This document shows, in pieces, positions 10,012-20,827 of a DNA stretch of 48,987 bases. How positions within the stretch are numbered: position 1 is the first letter of the stretch; every line of letters begins with the position of its first letter. The translations under genes were made by a program, and so were the position numbers. The notes below the pieces were generated by a model. That model had not been told where the DNA came from. It saw nothing but the letters and a program-made list of their open reading frames with translations, and did not search any database. Source of the DNA: Candidatus Moanibacter sp. (lineage in GTDB: Bacteria; Verrucomicrobiota; Verrucomicrobiia; Opitutales; UBA2987); assembly GCA_965215885.1 (NCBI GenBank), contig CBDCEW010000041.1:1-48987 (forward strand), given 5' to 3'.

Positions 10012-10097
10012 GAATCTGTCGGTCTTAACCCGGACATTTCAGACAATTCGTCGTAGAAGGTACTTGAAATGTCCGGGTTAAGACCGACAGATTCCTA
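10009..10097. repeat. Perfect 33-bp inverted repeat (nested MITE ends) overlapping the rhomboid TAG stop
   Basis: TAGGAATCTGTCGGTCTTAACCCGGACATTTCA (10009-10041) and its reverse complement (10065-10097). Confidence 0.9.
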
Positions 10098-10102
10098 GCT
10101 GA

Positions 10103-12919
10103 ATGTCATTCTCCTCGGAACTACTCGATCTGCACAGGGATGAGGGCCGGAATGGTGTAGACAGGGCGATTGATGGTGAAGGGATGCAACGCCTGGATCA
10201 CCTTGCCGACTTCAGCCCTGTCTATCGAAATCTGCTCCGCCGCTATCCTAAATATCTCCCGTGGTTGGAAGATCCGAACAACCGCGATGAGACCTTTCGC
10301 TTTTCAGCATTTGATTCGATATGGGAAAAGGATTACAAGCCGTCGTTCACGAGAGCGAAGGAAGAACTGGCCGCGCTACAACGCTTCCGTCGCCAGATGT
10401 CACTTCGCATCGCTTACCGGGAGTTGAACGGCTTCGGGACAATAGATGAATCTCTCTTCGAGCTGACCCTGCTGGCTGAATTCTGTCTGGGTAAGGTCCT
10501 CGCGTTGACCATTGGTCAATGGGAGAAAAACCTTGGGCAGCCCTGGGATGAAGATATCGGGCAACCGGCCAAGTTCTGTATTCTCGGCCTGGGCAAATTC
10601 GGCGGCAGGGAGCTGAACTTCTGCTCCGACCTCGACTTGATTTATTTATTCGAAGGCAGAGGGCATTGCCGAAAGCACAATCGCCGGACCCGCATCGGCA
10701 ACGAGGAATATTTCGCGCGTCTCTGTAAGGATATCACTTCGAACCTGCAGGAGCGAACGGAGGAGGGTTTTCTGTTCAATGTAGATTTGCGGCTGCGGCC
10801 CGAGGGCGACAGCGGCCTTATAGTACGCTCACTCTCGGCAATGGAGAACTACTACTTTTCCGCCGGGCAGACTTGGGAGAGGCTGGCACTCATTAAGGCC
10901 CGGCCGGTGGCGGGAGATCTCGCCCTGGGTGATGAACTCTTTGAAGGGTTAAATTCCTTTCGCTATCCGCGCTACCCTCCACCATCGCTTTTGTCCGAAG
11001 TAGCCGGGGTAAAACTTCGTATCGAGAAAGAAATGATCGGTTTCAACAATCTCGATACCGACATCAAAAGCGGGCATGGGGGGATCAGGGAAATCGAATT
11101 CTTCGTCCAAGCATTGCAACTACGGCATGCGGGACGAAATCCATTTTTGCAGGCGAATTCGACATTGGAGGCGATCGAGCGCCTCTCCCGCTATGATCTA
11201 ATCGCCTCGCCGTTAGAGGTATTTTTAAACGAGGCCTACCGCTTTCTGCGAAAGGTTGAGCACAGGCTGCAGATAAGAGAAGAGAGACAGACCCACACTC
11301 TGCCCTCCGATGCTGAGGAGAGCGAACCGCTGGCTCGCTCCCTCGGTTTCGAGCGGGAGGAAGAATTTGCCAAGCATTTAGGAGAGATGCGAAGTCGCGT
11401 CCGAGAGAATTACCTGGATCTCTTTAAGAGAGATTCGATGGAAGAGGAAATCCAGGAGTGGACGCTCTTTCTATCCGGCGGGGACTCGAGCAGCGGCATA
11501 CGGGACAAGCTGAAAGAGTGGTTTGGCGATGGCGCAGATGAGCGAGAATCCCGACTTCGAAAGCTCGCCCTGGGGGCACCGGGAAACCTCATTACACGAG
11601 AACATCTCGTGCTGTTTATGGAGCTCTCCAAACAATTCAAGGAGGTGCTGCGACCACTCGCCAATCCCCTTCCTACTCTCGAACGCATCACTCAATTCGC
11701 GGAGCGATACGGCGCTCGCAAAGAGTTCTTCAAGACTTGCCAACTCAATCCTCAACTGTTTCAGGCCCTATCCCTCCTATTCGACCGCAGCGAATTCATA
11801 TACGAGCTTCTATGCCGGTATCCTGAAATCCTGGAGGAGATCTTTGCAACGGGACTCCGCCGAAGGAAAGGAATCCATCAGATCGAGAGGGAAATCTCAC
11901 ACCTCGCCCACGAAAGTGATTTCACAAAGTGGCTGTGGCTCTATGTGAAGGCTGAGCAGGTGCGCCTGGCCATCGCTGAGCTACTGGGAGCATGTGACGA
12001 ACTGGAGACTGAAGAACAGCTCACCGATCTGGCGGACGCTGTCCTGAGTCATCTTCTGAAGCAGTTCGGGCTGGATGAGGCTCTCGTTATTGTCGGTATG
12101 GGAAAATTCGGAGCACGCGAAATGAGTTTCGGTTCCGACCTCGACCTGCTTCTGCTTTCCGGCGACGATTTCGACGCCGGAGCCCGAGGAAGCGAGTTAC
12201 AGAATCTTCTACAGATCATTACATATCGTGAACCGCAGGGCAGGATATTCGATCTGGATCTGAGACTGAGACCCCATGGGAAGGATGGGCCTCTCGTCAC
12301 GAAAACAGGCGCTTTCAGCAAGTACCACCGATCAGGCGCGCATACCTGGGAACGACAGATACTCACGAGAGCGAGAGTCGTTGCGGGCAATAAGGGATTG
12401 GCCGAGCGGTTCAGCGAAATCAGAGACCAACTCCTCTACGCCAAGCCAATAACGGGTCGAGAGATCGGGGAGATTAACACCATGCGGTTGCGTATAGAAA
12501 ATGAGAAGGCCAAATCGGATCTCCCTCAATTCGCCTTCAAGGCGGGTCCGGGCGGAATACTCGACATCGAGTTTCTCACCCAGATATTTCAGCTCAAACA
12601 CGGCGCCGAGATGCCTCCCTTCCGGTCCGCAAACACACGCAAGACTCTGAATCTCATGATTCAGGAGGAACTCATGGATAGGAAGAGTGGTCTGCAGCTT
12701 CTGGAAAATTATGAGTTTCTCCGAAAGATTGAGCTCTACCTGCGCAGGTCAATAAATCGATCCGTCTCGGTTATCGACGGAGACACAAACCAGCTGAAAA
12801 CCCTATCAACCTGGCTGGGGTTCAGACGACATGAAGAATTCTGGAAAGAGCATACCAGCCGAATGCGAACAAATCGTAAAAATTATGAGAAGCTGATAGA
12901 CAGGTCGATTAAAGAGTAG
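10103..12919 (+). CDS. glnE: Bifunctional glutamine synthetase adenylyltransferase/adenylyl-removing enzyme
   Basis: Two NT domains: LGKFGGRELNFCSDLDL...VDLRLRPEG and MGKFGAREMSFGSDLDL...DLRLRPHG; GGIREIEF / GGILDIEF. Confidence 0.95.
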   Translation: MSFSSELLDLHRDEGRNGVDRAIDGEGMQRLDHLADFSPVYRNLLRRYPKYLPWLEDPNNRDETFRFSAFDSIWEKDYKPSFTRAKEELAALQRFRRQMSLRIAYRELNGFGTIDESLFELTLLAEFCLGKVLALTIGQWEKNLGQPWDEDIGQPAKFCILGLGKFGGRELNFCSDLDLIYLFEGRGHCRKHNRRTRIGNEEYFARLCKDITSNLQERTEEGFLFNVDLRLRPEGDSGLIVRSLSAMENYYFSAGQTWERLALIKARPVAGDLALGDELFEGLNSFRYPRYPPPSLLSEVAGVKLRIEKEMIGFNNLDTDIKSGHGGIREIEFFVQALQLRHAGRNPFLQANSTLEAIERLSRYDLIASPLEVFLNEAYRFLRKVEHRLQIREERQTHTLPSDAEESEPLARSLGFEREEEFAKHLGEMRSRVRENYLDLFKRDSMEEEIQEWTLFLSGGDSSSGIRDKLKEWFGDGADERESRLRKLALGAPGNLITREHLVLFMELSKQFKEVLRPLANPLPTLERITQFAERYGARKEFFKTCQLNPQLFQALSLLFDRSEFIYELLCRYPEILEEIFATGLRRRKGIHQIEREISHLAHESDFTKWLWLYVKAEQVRLAIAELLGACDELETEEQLTDLADAVLSHLLKQFGLDEALVIVGMGKFGAREMSFGSDLDLLLLSGDDFDAGARGSELQNLLQIITYREPQGRIFDLDLRLRPHGKDGPLVTKTGAFSKYHRSGAHTWERQILTRARVVAGNKGLAERFSEIRDQLLYAKPITGREIGEINTMRLRIENEKAKSDLPQFAFKAGPGGILDIEFLTQIFQLKHGAEMPPFRSANTRKTLNLMIQEELMDRKSGLQLLENYEFLRKIELYLRRSINRSVSVIDGDTNQLKTLSTWLGFRRHEEFWKEHTSRMRTNRKNYEKLIDRSIKE

Positions 12920-12991
12920 ACATTTGATATTGCATGAGTATTAAGGAGTTACCAATTAAGCCAGAGGATAATCTCTTACAATACCGATACA

Positions 12992-15550
12992 ATGAGGACG
13001 GTTAAACTAAAGCGAGCGAGACGAATGGCGCGCCCGCTGTGCACCTTTCTGGTCTGGTCCATTCCCTTTTTGGGGTTGGCCGGGAAAGATTTCCATATCG
13101 ACCGGGCCGAACTCAACCATATGCGGAAGGAGACCAAGCTTACGATCGATCACCTGCAATACTACCACTACAACAAAGAGTCCATTTACACGATCGATCC
13201 CGAGGAGCTTCTGGTGTCGTTTATGGAGGAGCTCGATTACAATCGGCTCTTCTTTCTCGAGCAGGACAGGGAGGATATCTTCCTCACCTTCAACCGAACT
13301 CTTATCGATGTCTATCTGAGGCAAGGCCAATTACACCCCGCCTTTCAGATTTTCAAGACCTACCGCCGCCGGGCACTCGCCAGATTGGATTGGATATTCG
13401 AGAGACTTGAGGGCGATTTCGACTTTAATACGAATGAAACATTCCGACCGGACCGTTCCGAAATGGACTGGCCAAAGGACGAGGCGGGAGCTGATGAATT
13501 ATGGGAGAAACGGCTCACCTTTGATTTGCTCCAAGAACTGCTAAACGATGAGACATTGGACCGCGCCGTTCAAAAAGTGGCACGGCGCTACAGGCGCACG
13601 CGTCGCTATATCGAAGAAATGGAATCGAGCGACGTGCAAGAATTGTTTCTCAGCGCGTTCACCCGAATGTACGATCCTCACTCCAGCTTTCTATCGGCGG
13701 AGTCCCTCGATGATTTCTCTATATCAATGCGCAATTCTCTGGTCGGCATTGGCGCCCTCTTGAGAGACGAAGATGGCTATTGCGTGATACAGGAGCTGAT
13801 TTCGGGAGGCCCCGCGGAGAGAAGCAATCAGCTGCATCCAGGGGATAAGATTATCGAAGTCGGCCAGAATGACGGAGAGGCTCTCGACGTAATCGACATG
13901 AAGCTGCGGAAAATCGTCGACAAGATACGTGGCAAGAAGGGCACCAAAGTATTCCTTACTGTAATTCCCGCGAGCGCGGCCGATCCATCGGAGCGCCGAG
14001 TGGTTATCCTGGTGAGGGATAAAATAGAGCTGACGGAAAATCTGGCCCGGGCAGAGATCTTTGAAGTCCCCGTTAAAGGAAATCGAACCGCGCCTTTCGG
14101 CGTGATCGAGTTACCTTCCTTTTATGGGTCCGGAATCGGGGGAGAATCGGATTCGAGCACCACCCGCGACATCGAAGAGTTGATCAAGAAGTTAAACGAT
14201 GTCGGTATCGAAGGGCTTGTGCTCGACCTCAGCCGCAATGGCGGGGGTCTTCTCAGCGAAGCAATAGACTTGACCGGCCTCTTTATTCCGAAAGGTCCTG
14301 TCGTGCAGGTAAAGGACACTACGGGACAGATCCGCAAAGATTGGGATACCAACGACAAGGTAGTCTATGAAGGGCCTCTCGTCGTCCTCGTCTCACGTCG
14401 TAGCGCCTCAGCCAGCGAAATAGTCGCGGGAGCGTTGCAGAATCATCGCAGGGCGATCATCGTGGGCGATTCAGCGACCCACGGGAAAGGGACGGTACAA
14501 GCCATCTTTGAGCTCGACCGCTCTATCAATAAGAGTCGATTTCGGCAAAGAAAGTCCGAGAAATTCGGAGCCACCAAAATAACGATTCAGAAATTCTACC
14601 TGCCCAACGGAAATTCGACCCAAAGCAAGGGTGTGCTTTCGGACATCCCGATTCCTTCGATTAATGAATTTTTGCCCATTGGAGAGTCGGACCTGCCGAA
14701 TGCCCTGGTGTGGGACGCTATCGAGCCGCTCGATTGGAATCCGAAAGACACAATCGTATCGAGTGGCGTCCATATCGACGCCCAGCTTCTCGACTATCTC
14801 CGCATATTGAGTGATAAGAGAGAGGAGAACCTTGATGAATTTGCCTATCTCATGCGAAATATCGAGTGGGTAAAAGAAAAGCAGGACCAAGAGCAGTTTG
14901 CTCTGAATCTGGGAGTGCGCCGCGCACAGAGAGAGCTCGACGAGAAGTTCAAGGAAGATATGGATCTCTTGCGGAAGACGCTAAACGAAGACCGCTTTGC
15001 GAAGAGGGAAGTGCTCCTCGATGTCAGTCGGGAAAAGCGACAAGAGCATCAAGTCAAGCTGCGCAACACCCGGCTTCCTGACGGTAGAGCAAGAGCTAAT
15101 GAATATTATCAAAAGGTCTTCTACTATCAAGCCGAAGAGGGCGCCAAGATTGAGGAAGTCTGGGTGGAAAATATCGACTATGAAATGGCTCTCAAAAAGA
15201 GCTATGATATAACCGCATTCCTTTCCGAAAAATCCGGCATCGGGGTTGACGACAGCGCTGTCAGTAGTCTCCTGCAATACTTTAAGACGGCCGAAACAAG
15301 CGACGAGTTCAACGTCGAAAACGCTTTCAGAACCACTCTCGGTGATTCGCTCGACGATGAGGCCATCGGCAAACTGATACCTCAATTCTTCATCAAACTG
15401 ATTGCCCTGGATCCTGAAGTCCTCGACGACCACCGTACGATTAATATTCCTTTGCGTGAAAGCCTTCGCATCCTGGCAGACTGGATATATTACGAGGAGA
15501 ATAATCTGCAGCGAAGCATTGCGGCGACCCATGCTGTAAGTTCAGGGTAG
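12992..15550 (+). CDS. prc: Carboxy-terminal processing protease (S41, Prc/Tsp) with PDZ domain
   Basis: YDPHSSF, GIGA, DLSRNGGG, SASASEIVAGALQ, HGKGTVQ, KFYLPNGNSTQ; start may be 13026. Confidence 0.93.
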   Translation: MRTVKLKRARRMARPLCTFLVWSIPFLGLAGKDFHIDRAELNHMRKETKLTIDHLQYYHYNKESIYTIDPEELLVSFMEELDYNRLFFLEQDREDIFLTFNRTLIDVYLRQGQLHPAFQIFKTYRRRALARLDWIFERLEGDFDFNTNETFRPDRSEMDWPKDEAGADELWEKRLTFDLLQELLNDETLDRAVQKVARRYRRTRRYIEEMESSDVQELFLSAFTRMYDPHSSFLSAESLDDFSISMRNSLVGIGALLRDEDGYCVIQELISGGPAERSNQLHPGDKIIEVGQNDGEALDVIDMKLRKIVDKIRGKKGTKVFLTVIPASAADPSERRVVILVRDKIELTENLARAEIFEVPVKGNRTAPFGVIELPSFYGSGIGGESDSSTTRDIEELIKKLNDVGIEGLVLDLSRNGGGLLSEAIDLTGLFIPKGPVVQVKDTTGQIRKDWDTNDKVVYEGPLVVLVSRRSASASEIVAGALQNHRRAIIVGDSATHGKGTVQAIFELDRSINKSRFRQRKSEKFGATKITIQKFYLPNGNSTQSKGVLSDIPIPSINEFLPIGESDLPNALVWDAIEPLDWNPKDTIVSSGVHIDAQLLDYLRILSDKREENLDEFAYLMRNIEWVKEKQDQEQFALNLGVRRAQRELDEKFKEDMDLLRKTLNEDRFAKREVLLDVSREKRQEHQVKLRNTRLPDGRARANEYYQKVFYYQAEEGAKIEEVWVENIDYEMALKKSYDITAFLSEKSGIGVDDSAVSSLLQYFKTAETSDEFNVENAFRTTLGDSLDDEAIGKLIPQFFIKLIALDPEVLDDHRTINIPLRESLRILADWIYYEENNLQRSIAATHAVSSG

Positions 15551-15599
15551 GAATTTGCCGGACAAGGTCCGGGTACGCGTTTAGCGTGATTGCAAATTC

Positions 15600-16439
15600 C
15601 TAGATCCAGGCAAAGAAGAAGCGATCGTGCTTATTGAGGTCTTTGCGCGATTCCCAACGCTCAAAGCCTATCTCAGCCGCTATAGTCGCGAGCGCGTCGT
15701 GTTGATCGATGCCAGTCTCCAGCGCAATCAATCCTTCAGCATTGAGGTATTGTGGAGCACCTCCCAAAATCTCCCGCAGATCTGCCAGGCCTTCCTTCCC
15801 CGCAACCAATGCTGAAACCGGTTCGAATTCTCTCACTTCGGGATCCGAAGAAATCCAATCGTCTTTGCTGAGGTAGGGTGGATTTGCAATAACCAGGTCA
15901 AACCGCGAATCGACCGCCTCATACCAATCAGAGGCGAGCACGATAATTCTATTCTGAAGGCCGACCGACCTGACATTCTCGGCGGCCAGTTCCAAGGCGG
16001 CCTCATCGCAATCGACGGCCGTAACCATAGCGCGAGGGTAATGAGAGGCCAAAGCGATCGCGATCGCGCCCGCCCCCGCCCCCAAGTCCAAAATGGACCG
16101 AGGCGGCCGTAGCAAGGTCTCCGTAACGGCCACAATAAGCTGTTCTGTTTCCGGACGGGGTATAAGAACCCGGTCATCCACTTTGAGGGAGACGTTAAAG
16201 AAATCAACTTCCCCGAGGATGTATTGAATGGGTTCATGTTTCGAGCGCCTGAGAACGAGCGGCCGCATAAGATCCAGTTCACTTTCCTTGAGAGGCCGGT
16301 CGAACTGCAAATAGAGATCGAGCCGGCTGCAATCCAGGGTATGAGACAAGATGAGTTCGGAATTCAGTCGAGAATTATCAATTCCTTTTCTGTCAAGAAA
16401 GCGGCGCGTCTTTTCCAGAATTTCAAGTACCGTATGCAT
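15600..16439 (-). CDS. prmC: Release factor glutamine methyltransferase PrmC/HemK
   Basis: EPIQYILG, VLIPRPETE, LDLGAGAG, NPPY. Confidence 0.96.
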   Translation of the reverse strand: MHTVLEILEKTRRFLDRKGIDNSRLNSELILSHTLDCSRLDLYLQFDRPLKESELDLMRPLVLRRSKHEPIQYILGEVDFFNVSLKVDDRVLIPRPETEQLIVAVTETLLRPPRSILDLGAGAGAIAIALASHYPRAMVTAVDCDEAALELAAENVRSVGLQNRIIVLASDWYEAVDSRFDLVIANPPYLSKDDWISSDPEVREFEPVSALVAGKEGLADLREILGGAPQYLNAEGLIALETGIDQHDALATIAAEIGFERWESRKDLNKHDRFFFAWI

Positions 16440-16472
16440 AGCGCGGCCTTACCTAATGATTTACCCCGCAGC

Positions 16473-18373
16473 CAGGGTAAAAGGATTCCAGGAAGCAACT
16501 AGCTGATAAGCAAGAAGATAAAAAAAGAGCTAAACAAACCCGAGGGAATCAGTCATGTTAAGATGGGATGAAAGACAAAAAATCTTACCAACTGAATCCT
16601 TCGATAGATCGTTTAACTCTGCGTCTGGTCCTGCCCGAAGAGCAGGAGCGATTCAATGATCTATTGAAACAACATCATTATTTACACAGTGCGGGCAGCG
16701 CAGGAGAGACCCTGCGCTATGTGGCGCAGATCGACGGGCAATGGATGGGCCTGCTCTTGTGGGGGGCCGCATCCTACCGGCTGAAGGATCGAGACGAATG
16801 GATCGGGTGGGACGGGGCGCAACGGCATGCACGATTGAAACTGGTAGTACAGAACCGGCGTTTTCTGATTTTGCCCGGGGTGGATCTTGCAAATTTGGCC
16901 TCCAAGACGTTGGGTATGTGCCTGAGAGTCTTAGCCGATCACTGGCAGGAGGCTTTTGGCTATCGTCCCTTAGTAGCGGAAACGTTCGTGGACCCACAGA
17001 TTCACCGGGGCACTTGCTACGAAGCGAGCGGGTGGACGCCCTTGGGCTTGAGCGCGGGATATGGCCGCCAACGCGAAGATTTCTATCAACGCCATGAGCG
17101 TCCCAAGCAGATCTGGGTCAAACCCCTCAAGGCTAATGCCCTTGAGCTTTTGCGCGCTTCAGGGCCATTGCCCGCGGCACAGAGCCAGGCGCTCAATGAA
17201 ACCGATAACTCCCATGCGGTCTGCCTCAAAGTGGAACAGATGAGCAGCCTGTGGGAACGCTTCAATCAGATAGAAGACTTCCGTCGTAAAGCGGGCCTTA
17301 GATATCGGCTCGCCACGGTCCTGAGCATGATTGTGCTCGGCACGATGTGCGGCAAACAGACCCTCAAGGGCATCGTGCGCCTGGCCCATCATCTCAATCA
17401 AGCCCAATTGCGCGCCTTACGCTCCTGGAAAAACCCCAAAACAGGCCGCTATAAGGCCCCTTGCTATGATGTCTTCTATCGGGTCTTGCAAAACGTAAAG
17501 TATATTTGCCGAGCTCTTCGATAAAACCCTCACCGAATTCATCTGCTTACAAGACGGCTGTTTGCCCCGCGATATTGCCGTCGACGGCAAGACCCTCAAA
17601 GGCACAAACACCGAAGAATCAAAGGCTCTGCACCTGGTGGCCGCAGTCGATCACCAAAGCGCTCAAACCTTAGCCCAAGTCGCTACCGCCGATAAATCCA
17701 ACGAGATCACCGCCGCCCAGACTCTCTTGCGAAAGATGCCCATTTTGGACGGCTCCACCTTCACCTTCGACGCCATGCATAATCAAAAAGAAACTGCCCA
17801 CATCGTCGTCGAAGAACTCAGTGCTGACTATGTTATTCAAATTAAAGACAATCAGCCCAACATGCATCAATACGCTCAGAATCTCTTCAGCTCCACCCCC
17901 TTTTTCTCCACCAAACCGTGGACAATGACCATGGGCGACTCGAAATACGTCAAATAGCAACCCATTCTCTAAGCGCTCCCTCTGCCGGCCTGCCCCATGC
18001 CCGCCAGTTCGCCTGTGTGCAACGCACCTTCCATTATCCAAACAAAGCTGAACCTTCCTCTGAACGCTCTTACTACGTAAGCAGTCTCGATCCCGCCGAT
18101 TTGAGCCCTCAACAGTTCCTCTCGAAAATTCGCAACCATTGGTCGATCGAAAATAAAAATCATTACCCCAGGGATCGCTTCTTCGATGAAGATCGATGTA
18201 TGATCCGTAATCATAACGCAGCCAGAATTCTTGCTGCATGCAGGCAACTGGTTCTCAGCCTCAAGTCTTCCATGGGCGCTGAATCCACTCCCGCACTCTG
18301 TGATGATTTCGTCTTTAACTTACATAAGGCCATCAATATCATCACCTAATGCTCCGAGAATCAAAATACCGTG
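16473..18373 (+). mobile_element. ISAs1 family element with DUF4338-fused transposase, copy 2 (1901 bp)
   Basis: Same ends as copy 1; 10-bp TSD ACCCCGCAGC at 16463-16472 and 18374-18383. Confidence 0.95.
16568..18349 (+). pseudogene. DUF4338-ISAs1 transposase disrupted by a 7-bp insertion (TATATTT, 17501-17507)
   Basis: Copy 1 reads AACGTAAAG|GCCGAG, copy 2 reads AACGTAAAG-TATATTT-GCCGAG; premature stop at 17524. Confidence 0.85.
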
Positions 18374-18589
18374 ACCCCGCAGCTGCATTCAAAAACAAGC
18401 ATTGATCTTCACTACTGGTGACATCAAAATAATCTGCGCGTCTATTAGCGACCCAAACCTTTAGCCCGTTTTTCTCAGAGATTTCCGAGTTAGAGGAGGG
18501 TAAATACTTCGACAGATTTCTAAGTGCTCCAATTCGTGTAAGTTTTGGCGGGGTGATACGACTACCTGATAGGTGCGCGCCTAAAAAGC

Positions 18590-18883
18590 ATGCTGAAGCG
18601 AATATACACTAGCATAATTGCAACGTGCACACCAAATTGTGACGAAGTGACCCGATTGATCTCGGAATCGCTCGAACGCAATTTGTCACTGCGCAAAAGA
18701 ATCCTTTTGCGACTACATTACGGCATCTGTGTAATGTGCCGGCGATGCCGTGACCAGCTTGAGTCAATTCACAAATTGGTGAGGGGAGATGGGCAGAAGA
18801 TTCCCGATGAAGAGGGAGCTGCGCTCGATCAAGAGAGCAAAGAGCGCATGAAGGCCCGTATCGAGCGGGAGAAAGAAAGGTAG
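18590..18883 (+). CDS. zf-HC2 zinc-finger anti-sigma factor-like protein
   Basis: CDEVTRLISESLER...HYGICVMC (HxxxCxxC). Confidence 0.85.
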   Translation: MLKRIYTSIIATCTPNCDEVTRLISESLERNLSLRKRILLRLHYGICVMCRRCRDQLESIHKLVRGDGQKIPDEEGAALDQESKERMKARIEREKER

Positions 18884-18975
18884 CCTAACACCATTATTGA
18901 GAAGTCGAAGACGAACCTGCCCAAAAGCGTTTGCCAGGGGGGTAGCAATCGCGACTGTTTACTGAGCAGACACCT

Positions 18976-19006
18976 GGATTGCTTCGTCATTCTTCCTCGC
19001 AATGAC
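18976..19006. repeat. REP-like remnant GGATTGCTTCGTC...CCTCGCAATGAC
   Basis: Resembles widespread GATTGCTTCG...CTCGCAATGAC palindromic repeats; lies between convergent genes. Confidence 0.5.
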
Positions 19007-19076
19007 AAGCTTCGAACAGTGTGTTTAGTAGCACATCGATGATTCGCAATTGATCCATACCAGGTCGGACGGGTTC

Positions 19077-19685
19077 TTAGCCGGCCAAAGAAGGCAAGAT
19101 GTTATTCTCCTCAAGACATTGCCGAAGCGCCATTCGGGCGCGATAGAGAATCGTCCAGAGATTCTGGCGTGAGATATTGAGTCGATCACAAATTTCTTCG
19201 CTCGTGAAATCATCAATCTCACGCAGTGTGTAGACTTGCCGAATCCTTTCGGGCACTTTCGCAAGACACTTTTCTAACTGGTGCCAGAAATCCTTTCGAT
19301 CGAGATCCATATGCTGCTCGGGTCTCTCTTCAGGGGGTGTCAGCGCCTCCTCGACTTTCCAGTGTCCATTGATCCGAAACAGACTCTCAAATTCGCCGTC
19401 ATAGAACGAGGTCAGATCACCAAACGATTGCATACGGCCACTCTTCCTGTAATAATCGATAATCTTATTTTTCAATATTCCTGTAAGCCAGGTCTTCACG
19501 CTGGAGCCGCCCCGAAAACGGTTCACGGATTTAAGGGCGGCGAGAAAGGTATCCTGGACCAGATCCTCCGCTTGCGCCGCGTCGTTCACTCGATAACAGG
19601 CAAACCTGTAAAGGGCATCTCCGAAATTCTCCACCCAGTTGGAAGGGTCGAGATCTTCAGGATCTGGATCAGCTTCCTTCTCCAC
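19077..19685 (-). CDS. ECF-type sigma-70 RNA polymerase sigma factor
   Basis: [31 protein letters not shown], region 4 [21 protein letters not shown]. Confidence 0.93.
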   Translation of the reverse strand: MEKEADPDPEDLDPSNWVENFGDALYRFACYRVNDAAQAEDLVQDTFLAALKSVNRFRGGSSVKTWLTGILKNKIIDYYRKSGRMQSFGDLTSFYDGEFESLFRINGHWKVEEALTPPEERPEQHMDLDRKDFWHQLEKCLAKVPERIRQVYTLREIDDFTSEEICDRLNISRQNLWTILYRARMALRQCLEENNILPSLAG

Positions 19686-20763
19686 TTTCCACCAACTGCA
19701 GAATCTTCACTTCATTATCGGCCGACCGCAGCGAATCCACTACTTCGCCAAGGAGGCCATCCATAACCTGGGGAAGATTGTAGAGAGTTAAACCGATGCG
19801 ATGGTCGGTGAGGCGGCTCTGAGGAAAGTTATAGGTACGAATGCGCTCGGAACGGTCTCCCGTCCCGACTTGACTACGCCGCTGGGCAGCATACTTCTCG
19901 CGTTCTTCATCTTCCTTTATTCTCAGCAGCCTGGCGCGCAATACTTTCAAGGCCTTGTTCTTATTCTTCAACTGAGAGCGCTCATCGGCACAACTCACTG
20001 AGATGCCCGTTGGTTTGTGGACAATTTGAACCGCTGAATCGGTCGTGTTGACCCCTTGTCCGCCCGGGCCGCTGGCGCGACAAACACTTATCTCTAAATC
20101 GCTAGGATCAATTTGAATATCGACTTCTTCCGCCTCGGGCAGGACCGCCACGGTGGCGGTGGAGGTATGGATGCGGCCGTTCGTTTCGGTAACCGGAATT
20201 CGCTGCACACGGTGAACACCACTCTCGAATTTCAGCAACTTATGGACATCCTCTCCCGAAATCAGAAAGGCCACCTGTTTGAACCCGCCTCCCTCCGATA
20301 AACTTGCGCCCAAAGGCTCGACCTTCCAACCATTGGAGTCGGCAAAACGGCAGTACATGCGATACAAATCCGTGGCGAAGAGGCTGGCTTCATCACCTCC
20401 GGCCCCCGCCCGAATCTCCATTACGGTGTTGCGCGAATCAGCTCGATCGGGAGGAATCATCGCAACCAGCACTTCCTGGTAGAGGTCTTCATACTCGGAG
20501 AGGAGTTGCGGCAACTCCTCTTCCGCCAGTTCCTTGAACTCCTCATCAGTCTCACGGTCTGCTACAATCGATTGGTGCTCAGCGATATCGCCCTTCAATT
20601 TCTCAAGTCTCTCATAATAAGAGATGAGCTGTTGCAATTTCTGATGCTCACGCGACAGTTCCGCCGCCCTCCGAGAATCTCGAAAAAAATCAGGCGTCGC
20701 CATGAGCGAGTCGATTTCCTCAATTCGCTTTCGAAATGGACCTATGTCGGGAAGACCTTCCAT
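19669..20763 (-). CDS. prfA: Peptide chain release factor 1
   Basis: [18 protein letters not shown] (PxT specificity motif of RF1), [11 protein letters not shown]. Confidence 0.97.
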   Translation of the reverse strand: MEGLPDIGPFRKRIEEIDSLMATPDFFRDSRRAAELSREHQKLQQLISYYERLEKLKGDIAEHQSIVADRETDEEFKELAEEELPQLLSEYEDLYQEVLVAMIPPDRADSRNTVMEIRAGAGGDEASLFATDLYRMYCRFADSNGWKVEPLGASLSEGGGFKQVAFLISGEDVHKLLKFESGVHRVQRIPVTETNGRIHTSTATVAVLPEAEEVDIQIDPSDLEISVCRASGPGGQGVNTTDSAVQIVHKPTGISVSCADERSQLKNKNKALKVLRARLLRIKEDEEREKYAAQRRSQVGTGDRSERIRTYNFPQSRLTDHRIGLTLYNLPQVMDGLLGEVVDSLRSADNEVKILQLVESGEGS

Positions 20764-20827
20764 GAGACACTTGCAACAATTGCGGAAATGTTGCTATTTG
20801 GTTCGGATCAGGAGGATAAGTTTTTAA

